The translations under genes and the position numbers were made by a program. Below, one piece after another: positions 24,389 to 33,620 of a DNA stretch of 60,945 bases. How positions within the stretch are numbered: the stretch's first letter is position 1; the number at the start of each line of letters is the position of its first letter. Where the stretch lies: positions 1-60,945 of the IMG/VR virus record IMGVR_UViG_3300045988_098825; one strand, written 5' to 3'. This DNA comes from a virus. Below the pieces are notes generated by a model that was not told where the DNA came from, ran no database searches, and saw only the letters and a list, made by a program, of their open reading frames with translations.

Positions 24389-24583
24389 TTGACAGAATCG
24401 AAAACAATATACTGCCCTATATGTCATAGAACGGTAGGCAGACATGATATGCGGTCACAAACGAATACAATCTGTAAGTGCCGAAAATGTGAAAAGAGAA
24501 TCATATACCACTATGACACAGGGGAAACAGAAGCAAAAAGATTACCACAAAGAGCCACTTCCAGTGGCGTTTGTTTTGTATAA
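24389..24583 (+). CDS. Com-like zinc-ribbon protein
   Basis: TTG start after AGGGGG; CPICHR ... CKCRKCEKRI, as in Mu Com-type regulators. Confidence 0.45.
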   Translation: MTESKTIYCPICHRTVGRHDMRSQTNTICKCRKCEKRIIYHYDTGETEAKRLPQRATSSGVCFV

Positions 24584-24592
24584 GGAGAAGCA

Positions 24593-26032
24593 ATGAACAA
24601 CAGGACTTTTCAAGAATTGGTCAAGGGATGTTATGGTCGAAAAATTGCATATACAGATGTTGAGACTATCACACAAGACAACATTGTAAAAGTCATTGGT
24701 CAGTGCATCGGAGTCTTTTATTTCAACAAAATGGCTATAGAGTACCTTTGGAATTATTACAAAGGTGACCAACCTATATTATACAGAACAAAAATGCAAA
24801 ATGAGGATATTACAAACAAAGTAGTAGAAAATCATGCATATGAAATTGTTCAGTTTAAAGTAGGACAGACTTACGGTGAACCAATTCAATATATCAGCAG
24901 AAAAGATGATGAAGCAACAAATAGAGCTGTTGACGAATTAAACGACTACACAACAGATGCTAACAAGCAGGAAAAAGATATTAAAGCTGGAGAGTGGCAG
25001 TCAGCAACTGGTACTTCTTTTAAAGCTGTGCAGTTTGCAAATGGAGATATTCCATTCAGAATTGTAGCCCCCAGCCCTATGAACACTTTTATTATTTATA
25101 ATAAATCTACAGACGAACCTGTTCTTGCGGTACAGGAATTAAAAGATGTTGAGGGAAACTGGTATAAACAATGCTATACAGATTCCTATGAATGTCAGAT
25201 TGTTAATAGTAAATTGCAAAATTGGAAAGTACATGCTTTTGGAAGCATACCTATAGTGGAATTTCCAAATAATCACGAAAGAATTTCTGACGTAGAATTA
25301 GTTATTTCGCTATTGGACGCAGTAAACAATATGCAGTCTAATAGAATGGACAATATAGAGGACTTTGTACAAGCATGGGTAAAATTTATAAATTGCGAGA
25401 TTGACGAAGAAGAATTTCAGAAAATGAAAATGAACCGTGCTCTTGTAGTAAAATCCATTAACAAGGATAACAAGAGTGATGTTGATGTAATGACACAGGA
25501 ATTGAACCAGACGCAATGTCAGGTCGCTAAAGACGATTTGATTGATAATGCACAAGCTATCTTAGCTATTCCTGCTAGAGAATCTCAAAACTCTGGTGGA
25601 GACACGCAAGGGGCGGTATCTTTAAGAGCAGGATGGGATTTTTCCAAGACAAGAGCAAAGCAAAAAGACCCTATCATAAAAACTGCTGAAAAAAGATTAG
25701 CAAAAATAATATTAAATGTAATCAGGATAAAAGATCACGATATAGGGCTTAAACAAAAAGATTTTGACATTCAAGTAAGCCATAGCCCATTAGATAATCT
25801 TTATACTAAGACACAGGCACTTACACAAATGCTTCAATCTGGAATTAATCCTAGGATTGCAATATCTACATGCGGATTATGGGGAGATTCTGAAAAAACT
25901 TTTATACAGTCTAAGCCATACTTAGATGTTTTGTATAAAACCATTGATAATGTCGAAGCAGAAGAAAAGAAAGCACAGGAAGTTATGGAAAAATTAAACA
26001 ATCAGCAGAATAAGGCAACTACCGAGGAATAA
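24593..26032 (+). CDS. portal protein (SPP1 gp6-like)
   Basis: 479 aa, follows terL; ..YLWNYYKGDQPILYRTK.. is typical of this portal family. Confidence 0.8.
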   Translation: MNNRTFQELVKGCYGRKIAYTDVETITQDNIVKVIGQCIGVFYFNKMAIEYLWNYYKGDQPILYRTKMQNEDITNKVVENHAYEIVQFKVGQTYGEPIQYISRKDDEATNRAVDELNDYTTDANKQEKDIKAGEWQSATGTSFKAVQFANGDIPFRIVAPSPMNTFIIYNKSTDEPVLAVQELKDVEGNWYKQCYTDSYECQIVNSKLQNWKVHAFGSIPIVEFPNNHERISDVELVISLLDAVNNMQSNRMDNIEDFVQAWVKFINCEIDEEEFQKMKMNRALVVKSINKDNKSDVDVMTQELNQTQCQVAKDDLIDNAQAILAIPARESQNSGGDTQGAVSLRAGWDFSKTRAKQKDPIIKTAEKRLAKIILNVIRIKDHDIGLKQKDFDIQVSHSPLDNLYTKTQALTQMLQSGINPRIAISTCGLWGDSEKTFIQSKPYLDVLYKTIDNVEAEEKKAQEVMEKLNNQQNKATTEE

Positions 26033-26047
26033 TCGGTAGTTGTTTTT
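26018..26047 (+). terminator. hairpin plus T-run overlapping the portal stop
   Basis: ACTACCGA ggaataa TCGGTAGT followed by TGTTTTT. Confidence 0.55.
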
Positions 26048-26133
26048 ATTTTATATTGCACTTATGCGTGAAATAGGAGAAATCACAAGTTGAGCAACCA
26101 ACGTAAAAAAGCGTAGTGAATCGGAGGTAATTT

Positions 26134-26709
26134 ATGACAAGAGAACAGGCAAAACAGAATCTTATTGCTATCGGAGTGGCAGAACCTACAGACGAACAGG
26201 TAAGCAATTATCTGAATCAGGTCAATGGCGAAACCAAAAAGGAGAAAGATAAGGCAGACCAATATAAGGCAAAGGCTGATAATGCGGATGAATTACAGAA
26301 AAAGCTGGATGAATTGGAAGCTGGTAATCTGACAGAGCTTGAAAAGGCAAATAAGGCATTAGACACAGCTAATCAGCAAATCGCAGAATTGCAGAAAAAA
26401 AATGCTATTAGAGATTTGCGCGAAAAGGCTATGACCGATTTCAAAGTAACCGCAGAACAGGCAAAAACAATTGTAAAAGAAGATGGCAGCTTTGATACAG
26501 CCGAACTTGGAAAGATTATGTCCGAAAAAGAGACCGCGGCGGCACAGGCAAAGGAACAGGAGATTGCAAACAATTCTACTAATCCAGGCGGCGGTACTGC
26601 TGGCGGTAATAAAGACAACACAAAGACAGCGGATGTCGAGAATGCTGAAAAGATTACTTTTGGAAGCAACTCGGCTACCACAGAAGCAAAAAATCATTAT
26701 GTAATTTAG
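26134..26709 (+). CDS. scaffolding protein
   Basis: Helical, charged and Ala/Lys/Glu-rich, lying between portal and capsid. Confidence 0.7.
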   Translation: MTREQAKQNLIAIGVAEPTDEQVSNYLNQVNGETKKEKDKADQYKAKADNADELQKKLDELEAGNLTELEKANKALDTANQQIAELQKKNAIRDLREKAMTDFKVTAEQAKTIVKEDGSFDTAELGKIMSEKETAAAQAKEQEIANNSTNPGGGTAGGNKDNTKTADVENAEKITFGSNSATTEAKNHYVI

Positions 26710-26721
26710 GAGGTAAAAATC

Positions 26722-27051
26722 ATGGGTAAGCCTATTGAAAGAGATTTTACTCAAAGACTTGGTATTTTAAAGCATTTTCCCTATTTGGGAGCTGCTTGTA
26801 TTGTTCCGCAGACAATGGCAACAGGAGCAGATGCAAACGGAAGAAAGATTGTAAAAGGTGGAACACCATTTCCATCAAACGATGAAAGCTGTGTCGGATA
26901 TCTGTTTGATGATGTTGACGTAACGATGGGCGATGCACCGGGAACTTACGTTTACGCGGGAGATATCGACAATGCGAAACTTACAAAGAATGGAGTAACT
27001 GTTGAGGAAACGGCAAAAGCCAAGACCCCAAGAGTTACTTTTTTTGATTAA
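26722..27051 (+). CDS. head-module protein (function unclear)
   Basis: 109-aa ORF between scaffold and capsid genes. Confidence 0.5.
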   Translation: MGKPIERDFTQRLGILKHFPYLGAACIVPQTMATGADANGRKIVKGGTPFPSNDESCVGYLFDDVDVTMGDAPGTYVYAGDIDNAKLTKNGVTVEETAKAKTPRVTFFD

Positions 27052-27068
27052 GGAAAGAGGTGCAAATT

Positions 27069-28160
27069 ATGGCATTACCATTAGCAGAAGCATTTACAGC
27101 AAGAAGTCTTGGTGTAATGTGGAATAACTATGAAAAAACTTTAGGTTCTCAACCTTATCTCGGCAGACAGAAGTTTGGTACAAGAAAGCAAGAGAGCCTT
27201 GACCTTAGATTTATCAAGGGTAAAAGCGGTCTTCCTGTTTCATTGAAAGCATCTAACTTTGATGCACAGGCAGAGTTAAGAGATGTTGGCGTTTTCTCTG
27301 ATATCCAAAACGAGATGCCTTTTTATCGTGAGTCCTACATGGTGACAGAGCGAGAAGAGCAGGAATACGACAATTACAGAAACGCAGAGAATGCTTCTCT
27401 TGCAAATGATGTACTTCGTGAGATTAGCAAAAAGCCTATGATGCTGATTGAGGGCGCAAGAGTTGTACCGGAGAGACAGATTTGGAGTTTGCTTGCACCG
27501 GCTGACGGTGTACCAAAGATTGATGTACATATCGGGAAAAGCAAATATACCGTAGATTATACTTCCGACAATGGAGCTGCACACAAGAAAGACCACTTTG
27601 TTGAAATTACAGGAGACTCTGATAAGTGGAATGTTCCAGCAACTGCAACGCCACTTGATGACCTTATCGAGACAAGACGCAACTTTGCAAAGAAAACCGG
27701 ATATTCTCTGACAAGATACAGCATGAACACCGAGACATGGGAAATGGTATTAAAGGCAGAGGATACAAAGAAACAGGTTCTCGGTATTACTGCATACACA
27801 GGCGGTATTCGTTTACAGCAGTCACAGGTAACTGAATATCTGCGCGGCTACGGAATCGAGATTGAGGTATACGATAAGTTGTATGTTGACCCTGCTGACG
27901 GTCAGACAAAGTACTTTATTCCGACCGGAATTGTATCTTGTCAGTGTGCTGGAGTATACCTTGGTGACTATGTATTCGGAAAGACACCGGAAGAAAGAAG
28001 TGGAAGTCTGACAGATGGAAACCTTTCTATCGTAGAAACCGGAATTGCTGTTTACACATATGCAACAAACCATCCAATCAATACTCATTGTGTAGTATCA
28101 ATGATTGGACTTCCGACATTTGAGGGAATGGACAGCGTTGTTGTTATGAAAGTTGCGTAG
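27069..28160 (+). CDS. major capsid protein (lambda gpE-like family)
   Basis: Position and size; N-terminus MALPLAEAFTARSLGVMWNNYEK..; AAAGAGG RBS before ATG 27069. Confidence 0.8.
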   Translation: MALPLAEAFTARSLGVMWNNYEKTLGSQPYLGRQKFGTRKQESLDLRFIKGKSGLPVSLKASNFDAQAELRDVGVFSDIQNEMPFYRESYMVTEREEQEYDNYRNAENASLANDVLREISKKPMMLIEGARVVPERQIWSLLAPADGVPKIDVHIGKSKYTVDYTSDNGAAHKKDHFVEITGDSDKWNVPATATPLDDLIETRRNFAKKTGYSLTRYSMNTETWEMVLKAEDTKKQVLGITAYTGGIRLQQSQVTEYLRGYGIEIEVYDKLYVDPADGQTKYFIPTGIVSCQCAGVYLGDYVFGKTPEERSGSLTDGNLSIVETGIAVYTYATNHPINTHCVVSMIGLPTFEGMDSVVVMKVA

Positions 28161-28173
28161 GAGGTGATCCAGC

Positions 28174-28401
28174 GTGTTAGCAACACACACTATTAAATGT
28201 GGTGGAAAATGGTACAAGGCAGGAGATAACATGCCAGAGAGTAATTCTCTGGCATCTCCCGTTGGATATACAAAGACCGACATTAATCGCATGAGTACCG
28301 CAGACTTGCAGAAGTTAGCAGGAGAAAAAGGAATTGAGAATGCCGATTCCTTTAGCGGTGCAGATTTAAAGAAAATGCTTATTGAATTGTTAAACTTATA
28401 A
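28174..28401 (+). CDS. hypothetical head-module protein
   Basis: GTG start after GGAGGTG; C-terminal HeH/SAP-like ..TADLQKLAGEKGIENADSFSGADLKKMLIELL. Confidence 0.5.
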   Translation: MLATHTIKCGGKWYKAGDNMPESNSLASPVGYTKTDINRMSTADLQKLAGEKGIENADSFSGADLKKMLIELLNL

Positions 28402-28410
28402 GGAGTCCGT

Positions 28411-28794
28411 ATGGAAAAATACAGTATTTTACAGAAAGTAAAAATCAGACTAGGACAATTTCATACCGAAGAAGTCACAGACCCCGACACAGGGATTACG
28501 TCTGATGTTACTGTATTCGATCGTAAGGAAGATAACCCAAGGTTAGAGCTTCTTATTAAGCAGTCAACAAATGAAGTAATTAACAGACGGATGTACCCAA
28601 GGTCTTATACACAGGAACAGATTGACGAGGACTTGAAGAAATTTGAGGATGTAATCATTAATTTAACGGTTTATGATCGTTCACAGGCTGGCGAAGCGTA
28701 CATGGCATCTTACACAGAGAATGGGGTAATCAGGAACTGGAAAGATAGAGACACGCTTCTGGTAGGTGTATATCCGTTTGTTAAAGTAATATAA
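28411..28794 (+). CDS. head-tail connector (gp6-like)
   Basis: Position after the capsid gene, with the size and N-terminal pattern of connector proteins. Confidence 0.5.
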   Translation: MEKYSILQKVKIRLGQFHTEEVTDPDTGITSDVTVFDRKEDNPRLELLIKQSTNEVINRRMYPRSYTQEQIDEDLKKFEDVIINLTVYDRSQAGEAYMASYTENGVIRNWKDRDTLLVGVYPFVKVI

Positions 28795-28901
28795 AGAAGA
28801 TTGTGCATGACCTTTTTATTGGAATCAGTAAGATGGTCGTAGGCGGCGCACAGTAAGAGGTGGAGGGCGGTGCGCCTATATTAAATTGCAGGAGATATAA
28901 A

Positions 28902-29207
28902 ATGAAAGAAATTTTATTACAGACTTACGCCATAGCGTTACCAATATTGCTTGGTTATATAGTTTGGCTTCTGAAGCAACAGAAAAAAGACAAAGACGCC
29001 AATAGTAAAGGTACAATGTTACTTTTGCGAGTGCAGCTTATCGAATATCACGATAAGTATATGAAACTCGGCGAAATACCATCTTATGCGTATGACAATT
29101 TTGTTGAAATGTATAACGCATATCACGCATTGGGCGGTAATGGTATGGTAACCAAAATGTATAACGAAATACAGGAAATTCACTTAAAGAATGGAGGTAA
29201 GGATTAA
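28902..29207 (+). CDS. N-terminally membrane-anchored protein
   Basis: AGGAG RBS; TM stretch AIALPILLGYIVWLL followed by a soluble domain. Confidence 0.5.
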   Translation: MKEILLQTYAIALPILLGYIVWLLKQQKKDKDANSKGTMLLLRVQLIEYHDKYMKLGEIPSYAYDNFVEMYNAYHALGGNGMVTKMYNEIQEIHLKNGGKD

Positions 29208-29208
29208 A

Positions 29209-29475
29209 ATGGATATAACATCAGTATCAACAGTAGTTGCAATCGTAGTGATTACGTATCTGATTGGTCTTGCGGCTAAAGCAATCCCAAGCGTAAAGGA
29301 CAATTACATCCCGATTATCGTAGGTGTGGCAGGCGGCATCTTAGGAGTAGTTGGAATGTACGTAATTGCTGATTTTCCAGCAAATGACGTGCTGAATGCT
29401 ATTGCAGTCGGCATTGTATCTGGATTGGCAAGCACAGGCGTAAATCAGATTTACAAACAGGTCAAAAATGCTTGA
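29209..29475 (+). CDS. holin (multi-TM, clostridial-phage type)
   Basis: Three TM-like stretches; ..AIAVGIVSGLASTGVNQIYKQVKN resembles clostridial phage holins. Confidence 0.6.
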   Translation: MDITSVSTVVAIVVITYLIGLAAKAIPSVKDNYIPIIVGVAGGILGVVGMYVIADFPANDVLNAIAVGIVSGLASTGVNQIYKQVKNA

Positions 29476-29926
29476 TATTAATAAGCAGAAAATGAAATAC
29501 GCCTTGCAAGGTCAGACCGTGACCATTGAGGAAACTGACGAATATGGAAACCCAGTGTATGAGGGATATACGGACGCAAGTGGAAACTTCATACCATATC
29601 TTGATTCACAGGGCAATCCAATTCCAAAGACAAAGGAAGTAAGCGGATTCTCTGAACCAGTTACGTTCTATGCAAATATTAGTAATAAGCTGTCGGAAGT
29701 ATTAGTAAAGCAATTTGGCATAGACGATAGTACATCATATGTGCAGATTGTTACAGATAAAGGATATCTGCCTATCAACAATGGTGATGTCGTATGGAAG
29801 AAATCGGAAGTTGTTCTGAATGATGATGGATTGCCGGACGAGAACAGCGCAGATTACATTGTAAAGGGCGTAGCTGATGAGGGATTGACAGCAGATTTAT
29901 TCCTGTTACAGAAAGTTGTTAAGTAG
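29468..29926 (+). CDS. structural-module hypothetical protein
   Basis: Co-oriented tiling ORF overlapping the upstream stop. Confidence 0.5.
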   Translation: MLDINKQKMKYALQGQTVTIEETDEYGNPVYEGYTDASGNFIPYLDSQGNPIPKTKEVSGFSEPVTFYANISNKLSEVLVKQFGIDDSTSYVQIVTDKGYLPINNGDVVWKKSEVVLNDDGLPDENSADYIVKGVADEGLTADLFLLQKVVK

Positions 29927-29934
29927 GTGGTAAC

Positions 29935-30252
29935 ATGAAGAATGTAAATATTTTGGGAACTGAATATAGCATTGATATTGACGATACATTAGAAAAAACT
30001 AATTGTGATGGACTTTGTAAAGAATACGACAAAAAAATTACAATTAGAAATGTAGGAGCAATGCTGTGTGATGATGATTCCATGGAAACAAAGAAAAAAA
30101 GATTTAACGAAGTTTTAAGGCATGAAGTAATTCATGCTTTTTTTAGTGAGTCTGGATTAGATAATTATTCATCTAATGAAGAACTAGTTAACTGGATCGC
30201 AATTCAGTTTCCTAAAATGTTGCAAGTATTCAAAGAGCTTGAAGCAATATAG
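29935..30252 (+). CDS. small HExxH metallopeptidase-like protein
   Basis: RHEVIHAFF motif; paralogous architecture to 7983-8333. Confidence 0.5.
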   Translation: MKNVNILGTEYSIDIDDTLEKTNCDGLCKEYDKKITIRNVGAMLCDDDSMETKKKRFNEVLRHEVIHAFFSESGLDNYSSNEELVNWIAIQFPKMLQVFKELEAI

Positions 30253-30260
30253 GTGGACGT

Positions 30261-30794
30261 ATGGCAAAGAAAGTTATCTCCATGACATTATCACAGAAAT
30301 CCGTACAGAACGCTATACAAGAGCTTAGAAGCTATCAAAATTCGTTAGAGTATAAATGTAGGCTGTTAGCTGAAAAACTTGCTGAAAAGGGCGTAGATAT
30401 TGCACAGACATATGTTGCTTCGCTTGATGCAATATTCACATACGAACTTAATTCAAGTATACACACTGAACACGTAAAAGATGTGCAAGGCGGTGGGATA
30501 TATGCGGTTGTGGCAGGAACAGATCACGCATTGTTCGTAGAGTTCGGAACAGGAATTGTCGGACAACAAAGCCCTTATCCAGGAAAACTTCCAGATGGTG
30601 TTACATGGGAGTATGCCAGCGGCAAGACAATAAGACAATTAGCAGACGGACGCTACGGATGGTTTTACCGTGACGATAACGGTCAATGGTGGTTTACGGA
30701 AGGTATGCCTAGCAGACCATTCATGTATTACACAGCTAATGAACTTAGAGACTTGATAATGGAAACTGCAAAGGAGGTGTTCACCGTTGATTGA
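30261..30794 (+). CDS. HK97 gp10-like head-tail joining / tail-completion protein
   Basis: ..ALFVEFGTG.. motif and position. Confidence 0.6.
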   Translation: MAKKVISMTLSQKSVQNAIQELRSYQNSLEYKCRLLAEKLAEKGVDIAQTYVASLDAIFTYELNSSIHTEHVKDVQGGGIYAVVAGTDHALFVEFGTGIVGQQSPYPGKLPDGVTWEYASGKTIRQLADGRYGWFYRDDNGQWWFTEGMPSRPFMYYTANELRDLIMETAKEVFTVD

Positions 30795-31209
30795 TAATTC
30801 ATGGGCTTTACGATTGCAAGACCAGTTATTTAATATGTTTTCTCATGAAATGAAGCTGGCATATGGAAGCAAGTATAAGAACCTGTATCTGACGCAGGAT
30901 GAATCAGTCACAGGAACACCCAAATTTCCGACAGTTCTAATGAAACAGATAGGTGCTCCAGAAGCAGGACGGGATTTAACAGGAGATCGGATAAACGCTG
31001 CAAAACCAACATTTCAGATTACCATTAACTATCAAGGCGAAAAAGCAGAAGACAGGGAAAGATTAGTTGATATGACCGCAACGGCTATCAACTTTTTTAA
31101 ATGGAAAAGGTTTGAGGTAAGAGACCCTGCTTATACGATAACCAATAAAATCAGAACGGCAACATTTAGGGCAAGCCGAACATTCGGCTCTATGGACCCG
31201 TTACTATAA
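30787..31209 (+). CDS. tail-completion/terminator-position protein
   Basis: TTG start overlapping the upstream gene; position before the major tail gene. Confidence 0.4.
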   Translation: MIDNSWALRLQDQLFNMFSHEMKLAYGSKYKNLYLTQDESVTGTPKFPTVLMKQIGAPEAGRDLTGDRINAAKPTFQITINYQGEKAEDRERLVDMTATAINFFKWKRFEVRDPAYTITNKIRTATFRASRTFGSMDPLL

Positions 31210-31277
31210 CTATTAACCGGCACACAATAGGGTGTGTCGCTGACCGCATTAATTAGCGGTAGAAAGGACGGTAATAT

Positions 31278-31760
31278 ATGGCAGATACAAGTTATCTTGC
31301 TAGAGTAATCTACAAGGAACATACAGCGGCATCTTCTGATTTTTCAGGAACATATAAATTATTGGTTCGTGCAAAATCAATTCCTTCTCCTGCGTCTACT
31401 CCAAATACTGTAGAATCTACAACATTGGAAGATGATACACAGACTTTTGAAATGGGTATTAAAACAGCAGATTCAAGGGAAATAACGGGAAATCTTGAAA
31501 AGAAGTATTTACACGATATCAATGGATTAGCAGGAAAGAAGCTGGATATTTTTCATTTGTATGGAACTGATGGAATTGGAGGAACTGCAAAGTACGCATA
31601 TGTAGGTCAGGCAACCGCTACACCTAACGATGTCGGCGGTGTAGATGAAATTTTGGAAATGACAGTTACCGTCATTCCAAACACTTCCGCAATTGAATGT
31701 ACGGATGATTACACGGTTACAGATAATAAAGACGGTACATTTACTGTAGCAACAGCGTAA
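31278..31760 (+). CDS. major tail (tube) protein
   Basis: Position immediately before the G/GT chaperone, 160 aa, followed by a strong terminator. Confidence 0.6.
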   Translation: MADTSYLARVIYKEHTAASSDFSGTYKLLVRAKSIPSPASTPNTVESTTLEDDTQTFEMGIKTADSREITGNLEKKYLHDINGLAGKKLDIFHLYGTDGIGGTAKYAYVGQATATPNDVGGVDEILEMTVTVIPNTSAIECTDDYTVTDNKDGTFTVATA

Positions 31761-31780
31761 ATTAAAATTTGATAAAAACA

Positions 31781-31809
31781 GGGGCGGTCTTAGGACTGCC
31801 CCCTTTCTT
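31781..31809 (+). terminator. intrinsic terminator
   Basis: GGGGCGGTC tta GGACTGCCCC followed by a T-rich run. Shares ACAGGGGCGGT with the terminator at 33531. Confidence 0.7.
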
Positions 31810-31836
31810 ACTAATAGTAAGGGAAAGGGAATAGAT

Positions 31837-32265
31837 ATGTTAACAATCAAAGTAAATGATAAAGAGTACACAATTAAATTTGGCTATGAACCAACACTGA
31901 AATCAAGATTACTTTCCAGAGTTGCAAAAATGACTGTAAATATGAAACAGGATGCAGAAGAAAATCTGGAACAGATTGAGAATATGCTTTTATTTGTACC
32001 TGAAATGGTTCTGGTAGGCTTGCAGAAATTCCATTCTGATGAATTTGGTTACAATCTGGACACAAATGACGGCTACGAAGAAGCGAAGAATAAAGCTTTT
32101 TCCCTGGTCGGTGATTATGTAGACACTGGTGATGTGGATGTCACAGACTTTTTTACAGAATTGCAGGAAGAATTAACGGCTAATGGTTTTTTAAAGAAAT
32201 TGTTCGAGAAGGAAGTGGAGAAAGCACAGGCGAACTCGGACAGCAAGGAGAAAGCCAAGAATTAA
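31837..32265 (+). CDS. tail assembly chaperone G
   Basis: Acidic 142-aa ORF upstream of the tape measure; contains a slippery site. Confidence 0.7.
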   Translation: MLTIKVNDKEYTIKFGYEPTLKSRLLSRVAKMTVNMKQDAEENLEQIENMLLFVPEMVLVGLQKFHSDEFGYNLDTNDGYEEAKNKAFSLVGDYVDTGDVDVTDFFTELQEELTANGFLKKLFEKEVEKAQANSDSKEKAKN

Positions 32266-32645
32266 CATGGAAATTATACTGTGAGGAAATACGTCCTTAT
32301 TGGCTTGCTGTAACTAAGGGGTATGGACTCACGGTACATGATATAGACTGGTCTTGTCCGACAGACTTACATCCATATGAGTTAGCTTATGAGTTGGAAG
32401 ACCAAAAACGTGAAAATGATATATGGCGTTGGTGCGGAGATTACTTCATTTCTGCTATGACTTATTCTATTGAACATTGCTTGAATGGTAAAAAAGCAAA
32501 GACAGAGTATATAAAACATGCTGCTGATAGATACAGAAAAGAGGAGGATTACGATACAAAAATTCGTAAGGCTTTACTGGCAGAGCAAATGTGGATTGCA
32601 AACGCACAACAGCGTCATTTACCCAAACCATTTGAAAAGGAATGA
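31837..32645 (+). CDS. tail assembly chaperone G-T fusion via -1 frameshift
   Basis: The -1 frame is open from the slippery heptamer through 32645 (checked codon by codon). Confidence 0.65.
32187..32193 (+). promoter_or_regulatory. -1 programmed frameshift slippery heptamer T TTT TTA
   Basis: X XXY YYZ in the G reading frame (GGT TTT TTA AAG). Confidence 0.65.
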
Positions 32646-32651
32646 TAAAAA

Positions 32652-33527
32652 ATGAGTTATATCGGTATAGATGTATCGGCATATCAGGGAACTATTGACT
32701 GGGCAAAAGTCAAGGCAGGCGGCATCCAGTTTGCCATCCTTAAAATCATCCGTAAAGATTTGAACCGTGATAAGCAGTTTGAAGCTAACTGGTCAGGCTG
32801 TAAAGCAAACGGATTGACGATACAGGGCGTTTACAACTACAGCTATGCGACAACAGTTACAAGGGCTAGAAATGATGCAAGGAAAGTAGCAGAAGTACTT
32901 AATGGTCGTAAGACAATGGTATGGCTGGACGTTGAGGACAACTGTCAGAGAGGACTGGGAAGCAAGCTGATTGACATTGTCAACGCTTACGGTGATGTTA
33001 TCAGAAGTTATGGGCTTGCATTCGGTGTGTATACTGGAAAGTCTTTCTACAATTCCTACATTAAGCCATATGGCGGCGTGAAATATCCTATGTGGATTGC
33101 GGCATATGGAAAGAATAAGGGAAAAATGGAGTTGAAGCATCAGCCACAGATTGAAAATATGGTAGGTTGGCAGTACACATCAAAAGGCACTGTAAGCGGC
33201 GTTAATTGCAACGTTGATATGAATGTATGGTATCGTGAATTAAACGAATTACAGACCGTCTACGACACGCACAATAACCCATATGCAGAGCCTACACGTA
33301 CATTGTATAAGAAATTCCCCTGTATGCGTGGGGATGATGTGAAATGGCTACAGACGGAACTTATCTATCATAAGTGCCTGCCTGCCACAAATGCAAAAGG
33401 CAAGAGCAATATTGATGGCATCTTAGGAAATGATACAGCCAATGCAATCGGGGTTTTTCAGAAGTCAGTAGGAATCACGGTAGATTGCAAGGCAGGAAAA
33501 GTAACAAGAGAATATCTGAAAAGATAA
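32652..33527 (+). CDS. endolysin: GH25 muramidase plus peptidoglycan-binding domain
   Basis: IGIDVSAYQGTIDWAKVK.. GH25 signature; C-terminal ..GILGNDTANAIGVFQKSVGITVDCKAG.. PG_binding_1 pattern. Confidence 0.88.
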   Translation: MSYIGIDVSAYQGTIDWAKVKAGGIQFAILKIIRKDLNRDKQFEANWSGCKANGLTIQGVYNYSYATTVTRARNDARKVAEVLNGRKTMVWLDVEDNCQRGLGSKLIDIVNAYGDVIRSYGLAFGVYTGKSFYNSYIKPYGGVKYPMWIAAYGKNKGKMELKHQPQIENMVGWQYTSKGTVSGVNCNVDMNVWYRELNELQTVYDTHNNPYAEPTRTLYKKFPCMRGDDVKWLQTELIYHKCLPATNAKGKSNIDGILGNDTANAIGVFQKSVGITVDCKAGKVTREYLKR

Positions 33528-33530
33528 CAC

Positions 33531-33565
33531 AGGGGCGGTAGAGGTCATAGTCTACTGTCCTTTTT
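33531..33565 (+). terminator. intrinsic terminator
   Basis: AGGGGCGGTAGA ... TCTACTGTCCT (two G-U pairs) followed by TTTTT. Confidence 0.65.
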
Positions 33566-33620
33566 ACTGGCTATCGGTTGGAGATAGTCACTCACTTTAA
33601 CAATTGAAAGTAGGTGCAGT

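Noticed and set aside
24214-24429. 71-aa + strand ORF between the sigma-like gene and the Com-like gene
   Set aside because: It spans an intrinsic terminator (24339-24365), has no RBS, and overlaps both neighbours.
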